Shown in pieces: positions 58,003 through 64,000 of a DNA stretch of 64,000 bases. Source of the DNA: an uncultured Chloroflexia bacterium. Lineage in GTDB: Bacteria; Chloroflexota; Dehalococcoidia; GIF9; AB-539-J10. Under the pieces are notes generated by a model. The model had not been told where the DNA came from and made no database searches. It worked only from the letters and a program-made list of their open reading frames with translations. Every line of letters starts with the position of its first letter. Within the stretch, counting starts at the first letter, position 1. The stretch lies in assembly GCA_963769975.1 (NCBI GenBank), contig CAVYNS010000003.1:384434-448433 (forward strand). Reading direction: 5' to 3'. The position numbers and the translations under genes are program-made.

Positions 58003-60210
58003 TCATTTGCTGTTCGAATTGTTTTCCCCTTCACTGAAAAACATACTCATGAAAGGTTCCCGACTAGATGTGTCGCGCGCTAGACCTACCCAGGATAAAA
58101 TACCTGCTTCATCCATTTTATGCACACAGTATTCTGGCAAGAACATCATGCGCTCAAGATTTGGTTTTTGTGTGCCATCTCCACAGAAATAGGTGAACCC
58201 CCATTGATTAGATGTGTCGATTATCGTGAAGTCTTTGAGCGCTCCGCCGCTATCTTTGGATCGACGCAAGGTGGACACAATACTTTCCTCGATGGCCTTT
58301 CGAAACGGATAACTAATGTCAAGTAGAGAGCAGCAAACATCAGTGTAACCCGGATTGTGAATCCGCTCCAAAGCCAGCAAGATGCTTTTCAGATGTCTCG
58401 GTATGAACTGACCCGGTCTTGGGACTCTTAACCTCAATCCTCTCTTATAATAGAAATATTGATCAAAATCGCTGGTTGCGTTAACAATATGAATCTTTTC
58501 TATGGGATCGGTGACCTTGGGCATCGGGATTTCCAGATTTAAGATAAAGTAGCACCCAAAATAGTCAAGTTCGTCAGATGCGTATACCTTCTCCGATACA
58601 CTCATCCTCTTTTTGAAGTAATGCACAAATTGAGAAGGAAAATCGATAAAATCTGAGATCAAACTCAAACTTCCTATGTAAATAGGCCAAGGATATTCAT
58701 CTGCTGAGAACAGTCCCAGAGATTTTAACTTTCTTGGATCTGCTGCCAGCACGTCAAATGAATCAAAGGTTACACTTATGAGAAAATAATTCTTGATGGA
58801 CCTCTTATCTATCGTAATTGTCGAACCGTCAGACAAAGTAAATTCTGCTTGGTCACTCATTTTTATATAGTCCTTGGCGCGTCTTGCCTGTCTAAAGGTC
58901 CTTTCGATAGATTGCTGAATATCATGTACTATAGGCTCTTTCACGCCTTTTTTTGATGCCTGGGTTACTGGGTGGGTTGCACATTCTATCAGGAACAGAT
59001 TGTTGTCATGTTGAACCAGAACGTCTAACTCGACTCTGATCCTTCTGCTATTTTCTATCACATTGTATTTAAGTCTATTGTAGGCAGCAGCTGTTGGGAA
59101 AATCTTCTTGAAAAGCCTCAATGATTCCTGTTCTAAGTAGCGTGACCTAAGACGGTTATATTTTTCTCGATACAATGAATCTCCCATCAACTCCTTGTCC
59201 AGGGAATAAAATAGACAGCGGGCCAAATAGGCTGAGGAATGGAAGAGATATGCCTGATCAAGTTTGACTACAGGGGTGTCCTGAAGAGGGTTGTCATCTA
59301 ACGGACTGGTGAACTTACCATCAACCTGTCCCGGTTCAATGGAAACCCATTTTAGAAAAGAAACCAAAGAATCTTGATCGTTAGAATTAACATTTTGAAG
59401 TAGTTCCTGTTCGGAAATGAAAAACAAACCTCTAGCCAGTTCTGGGAGTGTATTCAGAACATGCCCTGCTTCAACAGATTGCTTCTGGCTGCGTTTCTTT
59501 TTATAAATACCTATAGGCCAGGCGGTCGCATTAACTTCTGTTGAGGCCAGTTCTGTAAAAACCGTAATCAGTCTTTCTTTTTCCTTCTCGAATCTATTAA
59601 TTTTGAGGCGAGAAATCGTCTTTACAAAGGCAATCGCTTGAGCTATATTAAATCCAAACTTCTGTTCAAGGTACCGTGCCTGTGAATCAAATAGCTGTTG
59701 TGCCATCTCAAGAAAGTACGTGTCATAAGTTTCACCTCTGACGAGCATATAGTTCAGACGTGCATTTGTTAAGATATTCCACTTATCCTCGTCTGCATGC
59801 TCTGAGCTGTAGAATTGTGCTGCGCAGTATTCATTGCACAACCAAAATATTTTCTCGGAGAGGTCACGAATTGCGGTAGCGTCTTTGATGCTGGGATACT
59901 GCAGATTCCGAACATTATTTTTCAGTGCCAAAGCTGTAATGTATTCTATGAATGCCGGAGAATTTGGGTCTACGTACCCCCTCCGTACTTGTGCAGAACG
60001 TGCCATGTTTAATACTACTATTAGGGGCAATAAGGTTGACTTATCAAATCTGGCAATAGCGGACTCCAGTTGCGACGCTTCTGATTTGATTTGGTCATGT
60101 AGCTTAGCGGCATCTGGCAGTTCAAGCTCATCAACCCGCTTCTTATCCTTTGAACTCTTACCACCTAGCCACACTAGCTGGATACGTTCATTGAGATTTC
60201 GTCTTTTCAA
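58003..60210 (-). CDS. hypothetical protein, 735 aa, second gene of the TIR operon
   Basis: Long ORF 83 nt downstream of the TIR gene on the same strand; no P-loop and no recognisable catalytic motif. Confidence 0.55.
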   Translation of the reverse strand: MKRRNLNERIQLVWLGGKSSKDKKRVDELELPDAAKLHDQIKSEASQLESAIARFDKSTLLPLIVVLNMARSAQVRRGYVDPNSPAFIEYITALALKNNVRNLQYPSIKDATAIRDLSEKIFWLCNEYCAAQFYSSEHADEDKWNILTNARLNYMLVRGETYDTYFLEMAQQLFDSQARYLEQKFGFNIAQAIAFVKTISRLKINRFEKEKERLITVFTELASTEVNATAWPIGIYKKKRSQKQSVEAGHVLNTLPELARGLFFISEQELLQNVNSNDQDSLVSFLKWVSIEPGQVDGKFTSPLDDNPLQDTPVVKLDQAYLFHSSAYLARCLFYSLDKELMGDSLYREKYNRLRSRYLEQESLRLFKKIFPTAAAYNRLKYNVIENSRRIRVELDVLVQHDNNLFLIECATHPVTQASKKGVKEPIVHDIQQSIERTFRQARRAKDYIKMSDQAEFTLSDGSTITIDKRSIKNYFLISVTFDSFDVLAADPRKLKSLGLFSADEYPWPIYIGSLSLISDFIDFPSQFVHYFKKRMSVSEKVYASDELDYFGCYFILNLEIPMPKVTDPIEKIHIVNATSDFDQYFYYKRGLRLRVPRPGQFIPRHLKSILLALERIHNPGYTDVCCSLLDISYPFRKAIEESIVSTLRRSKDSGGALKDFTIIDTSNQWGFTYFCGDGTQKPNLERMMFLPEYCVHKMDEAGILSWVGLARDTSSREPFMSMFFSEGENNSNSK

Positions 60211-60292
60211 TTACGCGAACTCACAGAATGGGTTTTTCCTTAATCCTTCCCGCGCAGGACAGCGTGCATTCACATTCATTTGAGAGAATGCT

Positions 60293-61324
60293 TCACCTAG
60301 CCTCAATGGCTGGGAGCAAATCCTCTAGACCTCGTTGGTAGTTTGTCCTGAAATCTGCGTACCGCTTATCCGCAATGAGAGGTGGAATGTCACAATCAGC
60401 AATCAGAACTGGCAGGACTACTACATTCCTTGTTTGTAGTTCACGCATTAAGCCAGCACTCAGCTCTTTCTCAACCCAAGACGATTTTACTGAATTAGGC
60501 GATAGAATGAGTATGAGGTAGTCGTTCCTATTAATACTTTCGTTGATCTTCTTCGCAATAGAGTCGCCAACCTTTATTTCCCAACGATCCCACCATACTT
60601 GCTTCCCTGAGTTATTCAGGTCGTTCACGAGGCGTTCTACAAACTCAGCATCCTTACTTGAATAGCTGATGAAAGCGCTGGGTATTGTCTTGTCCTTTTT
60701 TAACACTGGCTTACGATTCTTCCTATAGGCAGACAGTTCCGCTTCTACCACAGGAATGATTTCAGCTGGCATGGTCCAATCTGGGTATTTATTACTGCCG
60801 GTTTTAAAGATCAGTTTTAGAGTGCGGAATCTTGGTAGCAAATAGGATGGGACAAATTCATAACCGAGCGCTGATTCAATGGCATCAAGAAGCTCGAAAT
60901 ATTCACTTCTTCCGCCTTTATCGATAATTCCTCGCAAGACACCGTAGGCTTTGTCTCCCCAGCGACTGAGCGCCTTTTGCACGTTCGCACGTACAGCATC
61001 CCAGGAACTTTCGACCTTCAGTCGACCACTTTCATCGCAAGTGTAATAATTTCCCTGGAATCCACCGAGGTCAAGGCCATACTTTGGCGGTTTCTTCATT
61101 ATGAGTTTGACCAGCGTTTCGTCAGAAATCACTTCTGCAATAGCTAAGGCCGCCTTTAACCTAGAATCATCCCCATATCCAATGTCCCAGTAATTCGCGA
61201 ATTTCTCAAAATAAGGAATACGCAGGATCTTACCTACATTATAGAGGTCCTCCAGCCAATAAAGGCGCATCAATAATAAGGCTCTTTCTTTTGTCCTTGC
61301 ATCCGTCAGTTCGTTAGATGGCAT
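60293..61324 (-). CDS. TIR-domain protein (unknown ~200-aa N-terminal domain + C-terminal TIR)
   Basis: 343 aa; the C-terminus FISYSSKDAEFVERLVNDL ... WWDRWEIKVGDSI ... ILSPNSVKSSWVEKEL matches TIR core motifs, including the catalytic-region Glu. Confidence 0.75.
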   Translation of the reverse strand: MPSNELTDARTKERALLLMRLYWLEDLYNVGKILRIPYFEKFANYWDIGYGDDSRLKAALAIAEVISDETLVKLIMKKPPKYGLDLGGFQGNYYTCDESGRLKVESSWDAVRANVQKALSRWGDKAYGVLRGIIDKGGRSEYFELLDAIESALGYEFVPSYLLPRFRTLKLIFKTGSNKYPDWTMPAEIIPVVEAELSAYRKNRKPVLKKDKTIPSAFISYSSKDAEFVERLVNDLNNSGKQVWWDRWEIKVGDSIAKKINESINRNDYLILILSPNSVKSSWVEKELSAGLMRELQTRNVVVLPVLIADCDIPPLIADKRYADFRTNYQRGLEDLLPAIEAR

Positions 61325-61628
61325 GTTTTAGCCTCGCGTTCTCGTGAGAGTTATGACCCAGATTCCTATTTTACCATTTTTAACATGTGTACCAAACGGT
61401 TCATGATCCTAGCTGTAAAACCTTGCTTATCTCTACGCATGGTATGCCAAGGCTTAACAATTGTCAGTATTGTTTAATGCAAAGAACACCGGTCTTCGGA
61501 GACTGAGACTAGGGTGGCGTTTTCATCGTGCCGAAATGAGACCCGACGGCCCGACACCACGAGGGGTTACACCTGACTACAACTGCCAACACTCGCGATA
61601 AGCGAGTAGTTAAGCGTTAAAATCCGAG

Positions 61629-61653
61629 AGGGGAAGCGTCAAGCCTCCCCTCA
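61629..61653 (-). terminator. putative rho-independent terminator after the hsdM-S gene
   Basis: Minus-strand hairpin GAGGGGAGGCTTGACGCTTCCCCTC followed by tcGGATTTT. Confidence 0.35.
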
Positions 61654-61680
61654 GCGGCTCTTTATTCCCTTGGTAAGGAA

Positions 61681-63660
61681 TCACGACGGCAGAAAGTCAG
61701 AGATAGTAACGCGCCTCTTTGAAGTTTTCATCAGCCCTTCTGTTTCACGTATTATCCGCTCTGCCAACTTAATAACTTCTTCATCCGACGAGGAATCTCG
61801 AAGCAATGTTGCTGCGTCAATCATTGCAGCTGCTTTGGTGGCGATTAGATGAGACTCAATTGCCTCATCTTGAAGGTCAGGCTTTGGGACGGGAATTATT
61901 ACACCACCGAGTTGACCGCTGCTCATTGTTACGTTAGTAGCTCCACACATCAGTGGGACCAAAAGTTCGTCGCACATGGCACTCAACAAAATGTGCAAAT
62001 ATCGCGGCCGGATAATGTCTTCATCTTTGACGAATAGTGCACACATAGTACTCGCCAAGGCAAATTTTCCCTCCTGAAAGTGGATCCGTTTGATATCCGC
62101 TTTGCCATGTCCCGCCGACGAGACTAATGGAATGCAGATCGCACTGCCTTCGAAGTCCCAGTGGTCGGCCGTTTTTCGCTCATCTGCTGGGACTACCAAG
62201 ACGAAGTCGCCTGGCGGAGTCGCCATATTGGGAGATAGCCCATCACGGATATCACACAGATCACCAAGGCGCATCAACGGGATATCCTTGCGATGTATGA
62301 CTCGGTTGGGGAGATCATGCCATCGGCCCAGAAGATGAGCCTTGTCGTTGCCCAGAAGTGTCACTTTAGATATTTCATATGACCTGACGCTAGTGAGAGT
62401 CCGTTTCCAAGCACGCCTCTCACTCACAGCACGCTTAAACGAAAGGATACACTGCTTAGCATCCTCAAGCTGCGATCCTGCTATTGGATCTCGGGTATCG
62501 GATTGAGAAAAGCCATCGTTTTCGATCTCCACGAACAGCACTGAATCGCTCTGGTGTGCGAGACTGCAGTCGATTATCAAGATATGAGTCTTGACACTTG
62601 CGTAAGGTTTAAAAACTCCGTGGGGAAGAGTAACATCGGCGAGCAAGAATCCTTTCTCCAACAAAGTCTTCCGTAATTGAGTGTGACCCGACTGTGCAAC
62701 AAAATGGATCCCTTCGGGTACGATAACCCCTGCCTTGCCTGCCGGAGTAAGGTGCTCGATTATGTAGTCCAGAAACAGAACTTCGCTGCGCCTGGAATGC
62801 ACCGAGAAGCGGTTATGTGGCTTGATGCCCCCTTTCGGTGTCATGAAGGGTGGATTAGCCATGATGACGTCTGCATATTCGTTCCAGCGCTCTTGACTCG
62901 TCAAAGTGTCGTACTCGGCGATGTGTGGGTCGGCGAAGCCGTGCAGGTACATGTTCACAAGCGACAGGCGCACCATGTCAGGCGATATGTCGTAGCCCTT
63001 GAAGTTCTGGGCGAGACGGCCTTTTTCATCCGGCGTCAGGGTGCTATTGCGCTCAGTATCGGTGTTGGCCTTGAGGATATGCTTGTAGGACGAGATGAGG
63101 AACCCGGCGGTACCACAGGCTGGGTCAAGTACAGTCTCGGTCTTTTTAGGGTCGACCACCTCAACTATGAAATCGATGATGTGGCGCGGGGTTCGAAACT
63201 GCCCGGCTTCACCTTGAGAGCCGAGTACGGAGAGCAAATACTCAAAGGCATCGCCAAGCCGTTCGCTGTGGTCGTAAGTGAACTCGTCGATGATCTTGAG
63301 GAAGGCGCGCAGGGTTTCCGGATCGCGGTAGGGCAGATACGCATTCTTGAAGATATCTCGGAAAAGCGGTGGAATACCGGGGTTCTCCGGCATCTTAGCA
63401 ATGGCGTCGGCGTAGAGGTTCAGGGTTTCGTGTCCCCCCAACCCAGAGCGCATTAGCTTGGACCATCCGTACTTGGCGAACTCATTGGCAAAGAACTTGC
63501 GCTTACCACCCATCTCCTCGGATTCGGCGTCCATATCGTCCATGAACTTGAAGATCAACGCGATAGTAATCTGCTCAACCTGACTCTTCGGGTCGGGTAT
63601 TTTGCCCACAAGAATATCTCGGGCGGTATCGATACGGCGTTTAGTCTCGGTGTCTAGCAT
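61681..63660 (-). CDS. hsdM: type I R-M N6-adenine DNA methyltransferase fused to a single specificity (TRD) domain (HsdM-S fusion)
   Basis: 659 aa; motif I VLDPACGTAGFL, motif IV NPPF; the C-terminal ~230 aa resembles an HsdS target-recognition domain. Confidence 0.8.
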   Translation of the reverse strand: MLDTETKRRIDTARDILVGKIPDPKSQVEQITIALIFKFMDDMDAESEEMGGKRKFFANEFAKYGWSKLMRSGLGGHETLNLYADAIAKMPENPGIPPLFRDIFKNAYLPYRDPETLRAFLKIIDEFTYDHSERLGDAFEYLLSVLGSQGEAGQFRTPRHIIDFIVEVVDPKKTETVLDPACGTAGFLISSYKHILKANTDTERNSTLTPDEKGRLAQNFKGYDISPDMVRLSLVNMYLHGFADPHIAEYDTLTSQERWNEYADVIMANPPFMTPKGGIKPHNRFSVHSRRSEVLFLDYIIEHLTPAGKAGVIVPEGIHFVAQSGHTQLRKTLLEKGFLLADVTLPHGVFKPYASVKTHILIIDCSLAHQSDSVLFVEIENDGFSQSDTRDPIAGSQLEDAKQCILSFKRAVSERRAWKRTLTSVRSYEISKVTLLGNDKAHLLGRWHDLPNRVIHRKDIPLMRLGDLCDIRDGLSPNMATPPGDFVLVVPADERKTADHWDFEGSAICIPLVSSAGHGKADIKRIHFQEGKFALASTMCALFVKDEDIIRPRYLHILLSAMCDELLVPLMCGATNVTMSSGQLGGVIIPVPKPDLQDEAIESHLIATKAAAMIDAATLLRDSSSDEEVIKLAERIIRETEGLMKTSKRRVTISDFLPS

Positions 63661-63666
63661 GAGATC

Positions 63667-64000
63667 TCCTTAGGCGGCGAACTGATCCACAGGAACATAG
63701 TCCTTGACATATTCAGGAACCAGCGTACGGTACTTCTCCGGAACGGCACGGAAGTCGCGTGTGGAGAACATGGCATTGGTGGCCAGATCGGTGAAATTAC
63801 GGCTCTCTATAATGTGACGTACCTGATCGCTGGTGATGTAGGCTTTGAAGTAGGTCTTGATAGCTGGGATAGCCTCGACCATCTCCGGTTTGGTATCGGC
63901 GATGAATTTGACGAACTCTTCTTCGAGCAGTTCATCTTTGGACTTGAAGCGTGGGATGAAACCGAAGATCTTTTCGAGCATTTCACGCAGTGTTAGGCGG
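63667..64000 (-). CDS. hsdR: C-terminal end of an upstream gene, probably the type I restriction R subunit (HsdR); truncated by the window edge
   Basis: The reading frame is open to the window boundary; it ends 7 nt before the hsdM start; the tail sequence is compatible with an HsdR C-terminal domain. Confidence 0.4.

Overview
This window looks like a Chloroflexi/Dehalococcoidia-type chromosome, about 50% GC. Supporting genes include an archaeal-type glycyl-tRNA synthetase, an archaemetzincin, a thiolase/DUF35/thiolase-like trio and a 2-hydroxyacyl-CoA-dehydratase/benzoyl-CoA-reductase-like cluster. It divides into two parts.

The first ~33 kb is mostly housekeeping. It carries folC, hpt, adenine deaminase, glyQS, a clpB / hspR / dnaJ heat-shock locus, gpsA-plsY-der, argF and an Lrp-aminotransferase-hgd/bcr-like cluster. 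Two things interrupt it. One is a small inserted block at 8.8-13.3 kb holding a class-1 OLD-family ATPase/TOPRIM nuclease and an unknown 288-aa partner. The other is several families of short intergenic repeats. One is a promoter-like module present three times. The other is a group of GTCATTGCGAGCG-type palindromes, one arm of which sits in frame inside the adenine deaminase gene.

From about 33 kb to the end, the window is an accessory / mobile-element-like region. It contains small secreted, membrane and hypothetical genes and a mosaic repeat family with five copies. It also has a 111-bp tandem repeat, a dense 9-mer iteron array next to a zinc-ribbon/TOPRIM primase, and a DUF3987-like gene, an AbrB regulator and a DUF151 nuclease. 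It further carries a compact Mrr-like-nuclease/STAND NTPase (Avs-like), a DUF45 metallohydrolase, an EEP-family nuclease and a MacB/FtsX-type ABC exporter. At the 3' end it holds a two-gene operon encoding an unknown-N-domain/TIR protein plus an unknown 735-aa protein, next to a type I R-M-like unit (HsdR C-terminal fragment and an HsdM-S fusion).

The strongest candidates for undescribed defence systems are the TIR operon (58.0-61.3 kb), the Mrr-STAND protein (45.6-48.3 kb) and the OLD nuclease plus partner (8.9-11.8 kb).

Two genes are split by single-base frameshifts: the HgdB-like gene at a C7 run, and a LOG-family gene. These are either sequencing errors or pseudogenes. I found no rRNA, no convincing tRNA and no CRISPR array.
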